DNA of 51,039 nt, from IMG/VR virus record IMGVR_UViG_3300020477_000003, positions 1 to 51,039 of that record. One strand, 5' to 3'. Position numbers and translations under genes: made by a program. The DNA comes from a virus (lineage: Duplodnaviria > Caudoviricetes). The notes beneath the pieces were generated by a model, which saw nothing but the letters and a program-made list of their open reading frames with translations, was not told where the DNA came from and searched no databases. Shown here one piece after another: positions 18,436 through 29,100 of this stretch. Numbering within the stretch: position 1 is the first letter of the stretch; each line of letters starts with the position of its first letter.

Positions 18436-19492
18436 TTTTCACCGTGAACCGGCGGTAACCTTTTTTTACCACCGTGTTTTGAGACAGAATTTTTTCTGCC
18501 TCGTTTTCTTTCGCGTTTAACTTTTTACACAATGCGTGAAAGGCCGCCTCAAAATCTGTTTTTCTTCCGTCTTTTATGGTCTTCCAGGAAACATACCCCC
18601 AGCTACCCTTAAGGCCGCCATCGTCACCAATCATTTGTTTTAATTTGTTCTCTGCGGCCTGAGCTATGGCCTTGCCTTCGTCCATCATGGATCTGCCGCG
18701 TGCTCGCTCCTGAACCAGCGCATATGCAGATCCGTCATCAGGCTTTAAAGATTTGCTATTTTGAGGGAATCTCTCCGCAAGATAGTCTTTATAGTCGTCG
18801 CTCCCGTCAACCGGTGGTGCAACTTTTTTTAAAACATACTCGTTCCAGAATTCATGCCCTTTTTTTGCAAGTATTTCAATGAGTTCGTCATCCCTTTTAA
18901 TCGTATAGGTGTAAAAAAGCTTATCACCAAAGCCAGGCACCATCACATGCAGATCGACCTCTTTCACCTGCGGCCCGACGATGAACATTTGCCATTGAAC
19001 TTGGGCAAAATACCAACTGGGGATTTCGTCCGTGTGCTCCTCGCCCCAAATCTCCCCAGCGCCTCGGCCTCCAGAAAGAAGTCCGTAGGTCTTAATTTCT
19101 AAGATTTTAACTATATCGCCCTTTTCGTTGGGGATCAGAAAGTCAGGAGTACAATGAAAATACGGCACCTCTGGGTGATAAACTTTGGTCCCTGGTTGCA
19201 GTGCGATCTTCCCATCGGGCGCGAAAAGCTCTTTGCCGCCGACATATGAATTATTACCCAGGCCATCGTAAACGTAATCGTCCACGTTGAACGCATAACC
19301 GTTCTTCATGGCGTAATCTTTGGCCACGGTGGGCTCAAGTTGCAGGCCTAAACGCGATGCCTCGTTGCCGGAAAACCCATCGGAAACGCCCATAATTTCC
19401 GACCAAACGGATATCGGCTTGGTGTAGGGATTGATCCCAGCAATCGCAGTAATTCTTGTTGCGCCAATGGATTGGCCTTTCAAATCAACCAT
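18419..19492 (-). CDS. YqaJ-like (lambda exonuclease family) recombination nuclease
   Basis: IGAT...GINPY, G..LEP, CTPD, LEIKT, YFAQVQWQM. Confidence 0.9.
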   Translation of the reverse strand: MVDLKGQSIGATRITAIAGINPYTKPISVWSEIMGVSDGFSGNEASRLGLQLEPTVAKDYAMKNGYAFNVDDYVYDGLGNNSYVGGKELFAPDGKIALQPGTKVYHPEVPYFHCTPDFLIPNEKGDIVKILEIKTYGLLSGGRGAGEIWGEEHTDEIPSWYFAQVQWQMFIVGPQVKEVDLHVMVPGFGDKLFYTYTIKRDDELIEILAKKGHEFWNEYVLKKVAPPVDGSDDYKDYLAERFPQNSKSLKPDDGSAYALVQERARGRSMMDEGKAIAQAAENKLKQMIGDDGGLKGSWGYVSWKTIKDGRKTDFEAAFHALCKKLNAKENEAEKILSQNTVVKKGYRRFTVKNDRKQ

Positions 19493-19521
19493 ATGTCTCT
19501 CCCTTTTTGTTGGTTGTCTAT

Positions 19522-19550
19522 GTTCTAGTCTTTGGTGCGCTCTGCGTCAA
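19522..19550 (-). promoter_or_regulatory. Putative sigma70 promoter for the recombination/replication genes
   Basis: TTGACG-17 nt-TAGAAC overlapping the amidase 3' end, upstream of the yqaJ RBS. Confidence 0.55.
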
Positions 19551-20193
19551 GCTGCATTTTATTTTTCAGCGCTGTTTCTGCCCATTTTTTTATCCGCTCA
19601 AACGGGAAGTGCCGACCAGGGCATCCTTTTATACGCTGATTGTTTGCACGGCGCAAATCATCATGTCTTTTTATTCTTACGGTGTCCCCATATTTAAATA
19701 AAAGATCCCTGCACAGCACCATCGATGCATACATTTGTGCATCCGTAGCTCTTTCAATGCGAAAATCACCAATACACGCCACACCAATGCTGTGGCTGTT
19801 GAAACCGTAACAGTGAGCGCCGCGAGCGTCATAATCCAAAAATTGTGTCACTGCGCCGTTTATATCGATAACAAAGTGATAAGGGACAAAGGCACGGGCT
19901 CTGTACCGCTCTGGAATGCCGTGCAGCTTCCATTTTTTTACGGTCTCAGAAATGCGCTGGGGCCGCACCGTCACAGTGGCGACGCCTTCTGGTGTTTCTG
20001 TGAAAAATCTTTCCACGTCCGTAATGCAGCGCCCGACTCCGATGCGGTGCAACACAACATACTTGGTTGTTTGCCGCACTGGCCGCAAAGAGTTGATATT
20101 CACTCTGTACTCAGACTCTAAAACGCGCTTTTGTATTTCTTCGCCTATCGGATCGCTATCCCCCACTTTTCGAGACTCCCTTTTGGGTCTCAT
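19525..20193 (-). CDS. Endolysin, N-acetylmuramoyl-L-alanine amidase (Amidase_2, T7 lysozyme-like)
   Basis: VVLH, PYHFVI, GAHC.GFNSHSIGVA..GDF, H..., CPG; start ATG 20193 is likely. Confidence 0.9.
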   Translation of the reverse strand: MRPKRESRKVGDSDPIGEEIQKRVLESEYRVNINSLRPVRQTTKYVVLHRIGVGRCITDVERFFTETPEGVATVTVRPQRISETVKKWKLHGIPERYRARAFVPYHFVIDINGAVTQFLDYDARGAHCYGFNSHSIGVACIGDFRIERATDAQMYASMVLCRDLLFKYGDTVRIKRHDDLRRANNQRIKGCPGRHFPFERIKKWAETALKNKMQLDAERTKD

Positions 20194-20440
20194 ATGTGCC
20201 CACCGACGCCCCCAGGGCGGCGAGTGCCGAAAGCAGTGCGCTAGAGATGGACATGCCGGACATGATGGAGTCACAAAGCGCCAGGGATGCCGCTGTTGCC
20301 ATCAAAATCGCGGGCCGAAGCCATTTTGGAGTTTTTTTCCAGACCTCTCCAAGTCTTTTACTCTTAAGAATTGGCACAAAGGCCCTGATGAATGCCGCTA
20401 TCGCGCCGGCGGCCAAAAGCGAATGAGTTGCTGGTTCCAT
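20156..20440 (-). CDS. Putative holin
   Basis: Small, 2-3 hydrophobic helices, directly upstream of the endolysin. Confidence 0.65.
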   Translation of the reverse strand: MEPATHSLLAAGAIAAFIRAFVPILKSKRLGEVWKKTPKWLRPAILMATAASLALCDSIMSGMSISSALLSALAALGASVGTYETQKGVSKSGG

Positions 20441-20448
20441 TTTTAATC

Positions 20449-20709
20449 CTATCCCCTTAATGCTTTTATATCTTCTTTCACTTCTTTGAGGTTTTTATCC
20501 ACAGCGGTGATTCTGTCCACCAATCGCTCCTCGATTCCTACAAGTCGCTCTAAAACGTTTTCAACTTTTTCCAGGGATGCTTTTTCTTTTTTTATTTCTT
20601 CCACGCGAGACGTGAGCGCTTGGATTTTTGACTGGGAATGCCCCCATGCCGCGCCTATTCCAGCACCGCTTGTCAAAAGTGATATTAAAAATTTTACATC
20701 TAAATCCAT
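20449..20709 (-). CDS. Membrane-anchored coiled-coil protein (lysis module)
   Basis: N-terminal hydrophobic helix plus coiled coil. Confidence 0.6.
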   Translation of the reverse strand: MDLDVKFLISLLTSGAGIGAAWGHSQSKIQALTSRVEEIKKEKASLEKVENVLERLVGIEERLVDRITAVDKNLKEVKEDIKALRG

Positions 20710-20710
20710 T

Positions 20711-21169
20711 TTATTCTTTCCCCACGCAAAGCTGTGTTTTTCTGCAAAAATGATTGAATACCTCTTTTTTCAGCCTTGAAAAAAAAGGGTGATCTGGCGG
20801 CAGGTTATGCGGGCCATCCTCCAAGAAATACTGAGTAAGCTTGAATTCCATTGGATGCTTTTTGTGAACGTATCGAGCCCAGAAAACAGCCGGTGGTGCT
20901 TCGCACAAATCGCCTATCTCCTTTTCGCATGGCACATGAAAAATTTCAAAATTTACTCGCGGATCAAAGAATAAAACATCGCTAATAGTGCCTACCCATA
21001 TTCCTGTGGCGGAATTATAAAGATCTATGTCGTACTTGATTTCTGGGCCTGAAAGCTCGGCATAGGAAATGTCTTCAAGCGTAACCGCCCTGACGGGTGC
21101 CCTAAAGATCGCCATGTATACGCAACACAGCATCGCACCTAAAACGAAAAGTGCGATGCTTTTAATCAT
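20711..21169 (-). CDS. Hypothetical protein with signal peptide or TM anchor
   Basis: Hydrophobic N-terminus; ATGA-coupled to the tail gene. Confidence 0.65.
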   Translation of the reverse strand: MIKSIALFVLGAMLCCVYMAIFRAPVRAVTLEDISYAELSGPEIKYDIDLYNSATGIWVGTISDVLFFDPRVNFEIFHVPCEKEIGDLCEAPPAVFWARYVHKKHPMEFKLTQYFLEDGPHNLPPDHPFFSRLKKEVFNHFCRKTQLCVGKE

Positions 21170-24100
21170 CTTTTTTCTCCGTTTAAAAGGGTTACCTCAA
21201 GAAAGGTTGTGTCGGCATCGATAAGCATGGCAGTATAAACATTGTATATGTTTCCAGCCCATCCAAGCTGAACCTTTTGTCCCTTGGTCATTTCTTTTTT
21301 TATTTCAATATGGCTGGATGCTACAAAATCGTAATTGCCTCCAGATTCATTTATCCTGTGTGGCGACCCAGGAGACCCGTAGGCTATGATTGTGTTAGGC
21401 GTGGGGTCTCCAGCTTTAAGAATTGCCGTCACAGCGTTTCCGCCTTTAAGGAGATCAATATCCGAGTCGCCGTTGAACCCTGGGGTGGAGTTGGTTGTGG
21501 TTGTAGTCATTGAGACGCAGGCATTTATCTTGTAGAGGCCATCTTCAGGCGCAGTGTAAACATGCGAGCCGCCAGGGGTGAAATTGTCACCTATATCAAC
21601 ATCTACCGAATTTAGGGCGGCAACAGTGTAAGTTTCAAATGTTTTAGACGCTGAGCTTATGGCGCTGTAAGATGTCGCCGGTGACGCTCTCGTAAACGGC
21701 TCACATTCCGTAAGCCGAATCATGTCCAGATACACGCTTGAAGATGCGGCCACTGATCCTGGTGTGATCTCTATACGCGCAAAGGCCACGCCCGACGATG
21801 GCGCGGTAACATAAAATTGTTTTTCTTCGACAAGATCAATCACGCTAAGGGCAGTGGCAGACAGCGACGCAGTGGAAACAGCGCTAGTGTCTTTTCTCGT
21901 AAGATAATAACTAATCGTCCCGCCAACAGTGTTTGCAATGTTTGTTGTGGCGGCGCGCAATTTGATAACGTAAGGCGTATCAGTACGTATGGCAAAAAAC
22001 TCAGAGGTTATCGCGCCTGCGGCATCAGTTATATCAATCAAAAAACTGCCTGTTTGACCGGCTACGGCACCGTCGCCAATGGCTTTGACGTAAACATTGC
22101 CCGCAGACCCCCATGTTCCACCGGTGGTGGTCCACCCTATGGGCTCTAAAAGGTCTCCGTTCAGCCCGCCTCCCCACTGCTCGAAGCCCTGATTGGGCAC
22201 CGCCGGATCTTGGCCGCCAAAAGCCCCCAGTGCCTCCAGGGGGCGAATTTGATTCATAATGGCTGTGAGGGTGGGGCGGGTGCCGTCGCGAGCACTAAAG
22301 GGGGCCTGTGGGCCGGTGTTGCCTGTGCGCTGCATACTGATGTGACGGTTTGAGCCCGATGATGGCGTCCCGCGAAGCCCGAATGACACGTCGACAAATC
22401 CGTTTTTTATTTCTACGTTAATTGTGGATACGGCGTAGTTCTGATCTGAGTCAAAAGATTGATCATCAGCCTCGATGGATAGCATATCATTAAGCTCTAC
22501 CTCGATCAGATCTTTAGCGTTAAGACTTGTGTGAGCCAGCGGCTCTTTAAGGTCGGCCAAAATACCGGAGGCCATTCTGTCGGCCTCGGCGGTGCTATCA
22601 ATAAGATCGACAGGGGACTCCTGTAGCTCCATATATCGACGACCGTATTTTTCTATCGATCCACCTGGGCTGTCGTCCTGCTGGACCATTTCATTTTGAA
22701 CCATCATCAGCGAAGATGGCGTCTTCACCGTGAATGGAACACGATAGGGAAGCGTTGTGCCAAACTTTGGGGCATAGTACGCAATCTTGATAACATTCCT
22801 AACGCCTGATATGTCGAGGCTTAGCTTTGATATGCCCACATAATCATCTGTCGATATAAAACTATCCGCCAGCACCTTGTCGCGGTCAGGCTCGTGCAGC
22901 GTTAGCCTGAATTGCTGTCCTGAGCCGGTAAAACCCTTGTCCCATTTGTATCGAACCATCCATGCAATTTGAGATGCCAATTTATTGATAGCAGACAGCA
23001 CCAAATCGCGAGCGATGGTGCCCTCAGACAAAAACCAATTTGCTGCCACAGGCTCATAAAGCGCCGGTATTGACGATCCAAACGTGCCTCTCCAATTCTG
23101 GTCAAGGATGTGCTGAATGGCCGCTCCAAGCGCCGTATTGTCAGCAATAAAGCGCTCCGTGCTTTCTGGGTTTTCCTGCTCGATGAACGCATCCGCCACC
23201 AGTCCGCCGCTATCCCGAAAACTTATAGATATAGTGTCTTTTCCGAAATCAACCACATCGGTATAGCCCACCACTAAATCATACCAGTCCGAGTCTGTGC
23301 CTGAGAAGCTCGGCACTGCATCAGGCTCTACCCCATGCGGCATCCTGGACATTTGCAGCTTTATCATCCTCCCTATGTTTAAAAAAGTAGTGGGGTCGAC
23401 ATCAGTAGGAGCAGTGTATGATGTGTCAGCTTGCGTTGGATACGTTCTGTCTGCCAGGGTGCTTCCAGCGCTGGCGCGATTCAGATAACTCTCCGACATC
23501 AAGGGAGAAAGATTAACACGTCCATGCTGGCGAAAAACCTTGACTGTTGCGGTTGTCACTCGCTTGTCAACGCTGTCGTCTATGCGAACACCTTCCAGCA
23601 TATCCACCGTGCTGCCGTCAGGCGACGGCACCCTGCTTAAGTCTTGCATGACTCCAAAATTATCCTCAACGAGTGCTCGTATATAGACCCTGTTGCCCGT
23701 GGCCCATCCCAGTCCGCGCCGGTAGTCTTCTTGGATGTCGGCGTCTGTCAGAGCCTCGGAGCACGCCGTGGCAGGGCCAACACGGCCTGTAAAATAATTG
23801 CTAGTTGAGCCATGCACGTTCCCATAGGTCCACCGAGCGCTAGAGCCGCCCGTGGGGTATTCATAGCCTGACCCGCTGTTATCAAAAACCTCTAAAACGC
23901 CGTCCGAGTCACGGGTCTGGCAGCCGTTGATGTAAAATTTCATACGGCACTTGCCAGCGTTATCAGGATCATCCTCCCGCACCATGGCGATGTGACACCA
24001 CTGATCGACGGGTGGGGCCTGATCTGATTGGACTTCTTGGTTTGACCCGCTGCTGTATTCCCAAAACGAACGCAATGTCGCAGGCGTTCCGCTTGATGAT

Positions 24101-24474
24101 GCCACCTTGATGGAAAGCATAACATTGGTGCCAGAGGACTCGCTAGTGGCGGAGTATGTGAAAGCATAAGCAGAATTCTTTACCTGAACACTGTCGATAT
24201 AAACCCAGGCCTGCCAAGTACATTCACCAGTTAAAGATGCGTGATCCCCTGATGCTGCCGAGTCATAGGCGTAATTGGTGCCATCAAAAACACGAGCACC
24301 GGAAACTGGGCAATCGGCAAGCGGGATTGGCGACGAGCTAAGACCGAGCGCTTTCGTGCTTAAAAGATCTTTGACGCTGGCAGTAGCATCCCAGTCTTTA
24401 TCGGGCGAAAAAGACCTAATGGTAGTGGCGCGAAGCTTCGGAGGCACGCCGCGAGCGTGAGTAAATATTCTCAT
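21166..24474 (-). CDS. Central tail/receptor-binding protein (LamG, hub, CBM-like and C1q-like regions)
   Basis: TWQAWVY...QWCHIAMV...FYING...YFTGRV...ALTDADI (LamG); NQGFE.W (CBM-like); YTAPEDGLYKINA (C1q-like). Confidence 0.75.
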   Translation of the reverse strand: MRIFTHARGVPPKLRATTIRSFSPDKDWDATASVKDLLSTKALGLSSSPIPLADCPVSGARVFDGTNYAYDSAASGDHASLTGECTWQAWVYIDSVQVKNSAYAFTYSATSESSGTNVMLSIKVASSSGTPATLRSFWEYSSGSNQEVQSDQAPPVDQWCHIAMVREDDPDNAGKCRMKFYINGCQTRDSDGVLEVFDNSGSGYEYPTGGSSARWTYGNVHGSTSNYFTGRVGPATACSEALTDADIQEDYRRGLGWATGNRVYIRALVEDNFGVMQDLSRVPSPDGSTVDMLEGVRIDDSVDKRVTTATVKVFRQHGRVNLSPLMSESYLNRASAGSTLADRTYPTQADTSYTAPTDVDPTTFLNIGRMIKLQMSRMPHGVEPDAVPSFSGTDSDWYDLVVGYTDVVDFGKDTISISFRDSGGLVADAFIEQENPESTERFIADNTALGAAIQHILDQNWRGTFGSSIPALYEPVAANWFLSEGTIARDLVLSAINKLASQIAWMVRYKWDKGFTGSGQQFRLTLHEPDRDKVLADSFISTDDYVGISKLSLDISGVRNVIKIAYYAPKFGTTLPYRVPFTVKTPSSLMMVQNEMVQQDDSPGGSIEKYGRRYMELQESPVDLIDSTAEADRMASGILADLKEPLAHTSLNAKDLIEVELNDMLSIEADDQSFDSDQNYAVSTINVEIKNGFVDVSFGLRGTPSSGSNRHISMQRTGNTGPQAPFSARDGTRPTLTAIMNQIRPLEALGAFGGQDPAVPNQGFEQWGGGLNGDLLEPIGWTTTGGTWGSAGNVYVKAIGDGAVAGQTGSFLIDITDAAGAITSEFFAIRTDTPYVIKLRAATTNIANTVGGTISYYLTRKDTSAVSTASLSATALSVIDLVEEKQFYVTAPSSGVAFARIEITPGSVAASSSVYLDMIRLTECEPFTRASPATSYSAISSASKTFETYTVAALNSVDVDIGDNFTPGGSHVYTAPEDGLYKINACVSMTTTTTNSTPGFNGDSDIDLLKGGNAVTAILKAGDPTPNTIIAYGSPGSPHRINESGGNYDFVASSHIEIKKEMTKGQKVQLGWAGNIYNVYTAMLIDADTTFLEVTLLNGEKR

Positions 24475-25304
24475 ACCTCCTCCAGTGTGAACTCAAGCAC
24501 TACCAGATTGCTTTGAAAGGAACCATCAAGCGCAGCTTGGATATAGTCGGCAGCGGTCACCGTTCCAAAGACCTCGATCTGCTCTTCGGGTATACAGTCG
24601 CCCGAAAGATAAAGGTTTGGCAGGGGGCCGAACGGGTTTATGTGCGTTGCCGCCGAGCGCACGTCCTTCCACGACGCCAGCATGCTTGCGGTGGGGTGAT
24701 AGGGGAGAAATTGCATATCATCCATGCTGCTGTCTGTGGCGCACACAAATTCGCCCGATGCGTTCACATAGAGCTTTGAGTCAAAGTCGGCAGTCGAGCC
24801 CTGGAGTCCGCTGTATCCGGTTCCCCATCTGTAAAATTTTTGTGTTGTTGTGCCGTTGCCGGTGGCCGCCCATCCTTGCCACTCTGGAACTGCGGAGTCA
24901 TAGTAAAAAAGAGAAACACACCAGTCACCTAGGAATATGGACGGAATTGCCCATTGCATCCCCATAGTCAGACCGTTGCCTTCGAGGTATGGGCCGTTGT
25001 CTTCACCGCCGGTCGGATGCCAAACAGATGCGTAGTCGCGATTCGGCCCAAGCCCACGCGACGAATACAGTCCATCGTTAAAACTGAAAGAATGCCCGCG
25101 CCCCAGAATAAGCCCTTCGGTGGCCATGGCGTCCTCATACGTCATGGGCGTTGTTGATGCTGTTATGGTGCGCTTGCTGTATTTTTCGTCAGAGGTATAA
25201 GTGCCACCATAAGAGCGGCTCGTTCGCCCCACCATTGATTTTTGTATTTGAGCATCCTCCACAAAAACCGGCATTGTGTAATTGTTCAGCTTCAAAAATG
25301 CCAC
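24471..25304 (-). CDS. Distal tail protein-like paralog 2
   Basis: Follows the tape measure region; MAFLKLNNYTMPV...LEFTLEEV. Confidence 0.6.
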   Translation of the reverse strand: MAFLKLNNYTMPVFVEDAQIQKSMVGRTSRSYGGTYTSDEKYSKRTITASTTPMTYEDAMATEGLILGRGHSFSFNDGLYSSRGLGPNRDYASVWHPTGGEDNGPYLEGNGLTMGMQWAIPSIFLGDWCVSLFYYDSAVPEWQGWAATGNGTTTQKFYRWGTGYSGLQGSTADFDSKLYVNASGEFVCATDSSMDDMQFLPYHPTASMLASWKDVRSAATHINPFGPLPNLYLSGDCIPEEQIEVFGTVTAADYIQAALDGSFQSNLVVLEFTLEEV

Positions 25305-26125
25305 TATTTTTCCTGCAAAGTGAAAGAAAGTTTGTTGTTTGCGCCAAATGCGCCTGAAAAACTTGATGGCACAAAATCTGATTTGCCAGACGTTCCCGCG
25401 CAGGTCACGGTTTCGCCGTCAACCATATCGCCCGAAATCGCAATGTACGGCAGTGCGCTGAAGCGCTTGGTGCGGGTTGTGATGGTTTCCATTTGCGATG
25501 CGGTAAGCTTAAAGGGCAGATAAACAATTTCGTGGATTTGCTTTTCTTCGGTGGTGCCGAATAATGGCTGAGCAAGGATGCCAGATACGTAGACCTGAAT
25601 GTTGTAAAAGGGGGTGGTCAGAGAGGTCGAGGACCCGTCTCTGTAGACCAGATCCGCGCCGGATATCGATTCGCCTGTGGCAGTGATAGCAAAAATGCTG
25701 TGCCCAGAAGGTGACGCACTCGAAACCCAGCAAATAGTGTAACCAGTAGATGAATTATACCCAACATCTTCGGCAGACCATAAAACCCAGCCTGCTGTAG
25801 TCATGTAATAGTCACCACCATCAAACTTGTCGGCGGTTGCGGTAAAAGTGGCGGTTCCCTTGCTCGCCCCAACGCCATCCGCCGTGGAGCAATTCTCCTG
25901 CAATGGTATGACGTGGCCCTCCCCATTTAGCAGGCCTTGGTAAGCCAGGAAACTGGAGCGATCCACCACTGGCGTGGCCAGTTTGAACGCTCTTTTACTG
26001 GTTAAGAATGAGCCATCACCAAGACCCGTAATGCTGCGCCTAGCCCGACCCACGAGGTCCACATCAAATCCCGCCGATGCGTCCTCGACGGGAATAGGGA
26101 TGCCGTTGACGGTCAGAAACGCCAC
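25304..26125 (-). CDS. Distal tail protein-like paralog 1
   Basis: Directly after the tape measure gene; MAFLTVNGIPIPV...LSFTLQEK. Confidence 0.6.
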   Translation of the reverse strand: MAFLTVNGIPIPVEDASAGFDVDLVGRARRSITGLGDGSFLTSKRAFKLATPVVDRSSFLAYQGLLNGEGHVIPLQENCSTADGVGASKGTATFTATADKFDGGDYYMTTAGWVLWSAEDVGYNSSTGYTICWVSSASPSGHSIFAITATGESISGADLVYRDGSSTSLTTPFYNIQVYVSGILAQPLFGTTEEKQIHEIVYLPFKLTASQMETITTRTKRFSALPYIAISGDMVDGETVTCAGTSGKSDFVPSSFSGAFGANNKLSFTLQEK

Positions 26126-29100
26126 TAAAAGCCTCCTGTGGGTGGAAGGCCGCCAGTCTCATTCGCCTCGTTCAACTGGTCTAGCAAATCCTCGCCGTCC
26201 TCAACGAAAATATTTTCAATATTGATGGTCATGCTGCCGTCAAGACGTGAGCCGGTGAAGGGGTTTGACTGCTCGGGATTCATTGCCTCGTATCGGTATT
26301 TTTCAACCTTAAAGCCCTTTGGCACATTGAGGGCTTTTGATGCTTCTGCTTGGTTTTTTGCCGCCTCCGTTGCCTTTTGCCGCTGATTGGTTTCCTCTGC
26401 CATGGCCTTAGCAGACTCCTCTACGTCTCGACCGAATGCACCAAAATCGGTTGTTGCGCTTTGCTCCAGTGCCGCAGCCGAAGCAATAAGAGCAGCCCCT
26501 ACGTCTTTTAGCCACTGCCAGTCAAACAATGTCTCGCCTAGCCACACGATGGCGTGACCAATTGCGTCCACAAAGCTTATGACTGCCTTTGCTGCATCAT
26601 CGAGAGGCTCTGCTATGAATTCTGCGGCAATGTTCATAACGTATGCAAGCTTTTCAAGGCCAAGCATAATAAGCGCAATTATGGGATCAAGTTGCCAAAA
26701 GACATGTATAAGGGTGGTGATTGCGGCGACGAGCGGCATGAAAATGTCTATAATTTGAATAACAATATCCAAAAACGGATTTATAACCTGAAGCGCTAGC
26801 CCAATCATCCCTCCCACGATTGCGATGAGGGGAAGAATGACGGCAAAAACATCGAAAACTAATTTAAAAACATGCCCAAGCGTACCTGCAATGCCTTCAA
26901 GAACAGGGGTAAGCATGTTGACGACGGCAGCAAGAAGACCTCCCAAGTTCGACGCAAGAAAAAACACTATTTCGGCAAGGGGCTGGAACGCATCCATGGC
27001 AACCTTTAATTGGTCCATAAACTCCCAATTGATAAGTTCGCCCATATTCAATTCGACAAACTCGCCGTCCGCGTTAAGGACATCGGTCTGAACCGTCATA
27101 TTGGAGATCATCATGTCGGAAAATGCACCAATCGCCGAGCCTATTTTTTGCCCCATTTCGGGAGGGGCACCGGCAGCCACGGCAACGCCCGCTCCTACGC
27201 CGCCCCCAATGGTGGACATGACTGAGCCGAAGTCGCCAGACACGGCACCAGCGAAAGCATCGACCATCGAAGCCGCTGCCGTAACGGCGGCAGCGCCGAG
27301 CATGACAAGATCATCGCGAACACCATCGAATACTTTATCGATGTTTTTGCCTGTTTTTTGCAGCAACTTGCCGAACTTAGAGGCATCCATGCCGGCAAGT
27401 CCGAATTTTTCAACTTGGAGCCCAGCAGTTTGCAGCCGGCTCCCAAAACCGTCCACTTCGTCAAGGCCTTTTTCAAGATTTTTAAAAACCTTCTTCGCCA
27501 CATCGACGCCGCCGAGCATTGGCCCCATGCCTTTTGCCGCAGTCGTTCTCTGCTCTGTTATCTCGCTCAGTCTTGCTTTTTTGGCCGGCCCCATCTCCAT
27601 AATTTCGCCAGCCGAAACATCTCGACCAACAGCACTTGCGGCTTGTGCCAACGCAATGGCTCTTGCGGCCTCCTTTAAATACTCGGCCTGCACCCTGGCG
27701 TCTTGCTTCATCTTTTCCTGTTCGGCGGCGGCGGCCTCCATGTCTCTGAGTATGACACCGGTTTCTGGGTCCACCCAAAACGCCTTGGATTTAAGATCGG
27801 CCATTCTTTTTTCTATTTTTTTGAGCTGTGCCTCGGCATCTTTTACTCCAAGACTTTTGAGAAGTCCGGCTTGCTCGCCCGTTGGGGCTTCCTTGATGAC
27901 TTCGTATAGACTGTTAATTATTTCTTGAAGATTTTTTGCTTGGCCAATAGCCTCTTTCATTGCGTCCGTAAAAAACTTTAAAGCCGGATCTTCTTCTTCT
28001 TTTTCAGGTTTCCCCTTCTTTGTGGTTTTCGGTGCCGCCTCTTTTACTTTTGGGGCAAGATCAACAATGTCCTTAAGGGCGTCTCTTTGACCTTCTATAT
28101 ATCCCTTTAGAAGCCTTGCAGCGGCACCGGTTCTTGATATTGCATTCTCAACATTAAGAATCTTCATTTTTTGGAGGTCAATTTCCTTGTTGACTGCCTC
28201 CGTCATAGCTTTTTTTTGTGCCTCGCTTCTAATTACCGTGGGGTCGTAAATGTCCCGTCTTGCTTGTTTTAGGCTTTCTAGTATTCCTAGCTCGGTATTT
28301 CTTTCCTTGTTCAAGTCACTGGTTTTTTTAGCTAGATCTTCTTCAATTTTTAAGTATTTTGCGAAATCCCGATTAGCATTTTTAATTTCCTTTCCTGCCT
28401 GCGACAAAGAACTGTTTTGATCGTCTATCTCCCTTTTTAGTCTTGATACCGCTGTTCCGAGTTTCGGGAGTTGTGAAATTTGTTTTTTAACGGCTGCAAT
28501 TTCGTCTTTCGCATCATCTGCATTAAAATCTTGAAATGCTTCATTGAGAGCCCTCTGCGCACTTCCAGCATTCCTCAAGAAGAATTCTAAGTCTGAAATT
28601 TCACCAGAAAGCTCTCTGGCTTCTTTTTTTGCATCCTTGGTTTTTGCGCCAAACCAGCCCATTTTTGCGGCGACCAAACCTAGGACACCCATGAGGCCAG
28701 TAAGCGCCATCTGGAATGGAATCACCCATTTTGCCATATTCAAAAGGAGGGCTTTTGTGGATCCTGCTGCTGCCGCTGCTGCTTTTGCGAAGCCAGAGGC
28801 ATGAAAAGAGCCGATCATCATGGCATCACTGAGGTCGCCCATGAAAAACATCGCAAACTGGCGGCCTCCCATGAGCCCTTTCTGAAAGGCTTCAGTGATG
28901 TTCGTGAAACTCATTACCGTGGCACGAGCCGCACCAGCGCCGCCGGTCGACATTGCAGCAAAAACGGTTGACATCTTGCTTGCGCCCTTGTCGACCTGGC
29001 TCGTAAGGTTGCTCATTTTTGAGGCCGCAGTATCCGATACGTTAATGAAGGCCTTCATGCCGGTGCTGGCCGCTAGGCCCTTGTTTAATTCCCGAAACGC

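Noticed and set aside
21166-24474. Diversity-generating retroelement target
   Set aside because: No reverse transcriptase, and no template/variable repeat pair noticed
27101-27928. 275-aa antisense ORF inside the tape measure gene
   Set aside because: Shadow ORF from codon bias, with no recognisable motifs
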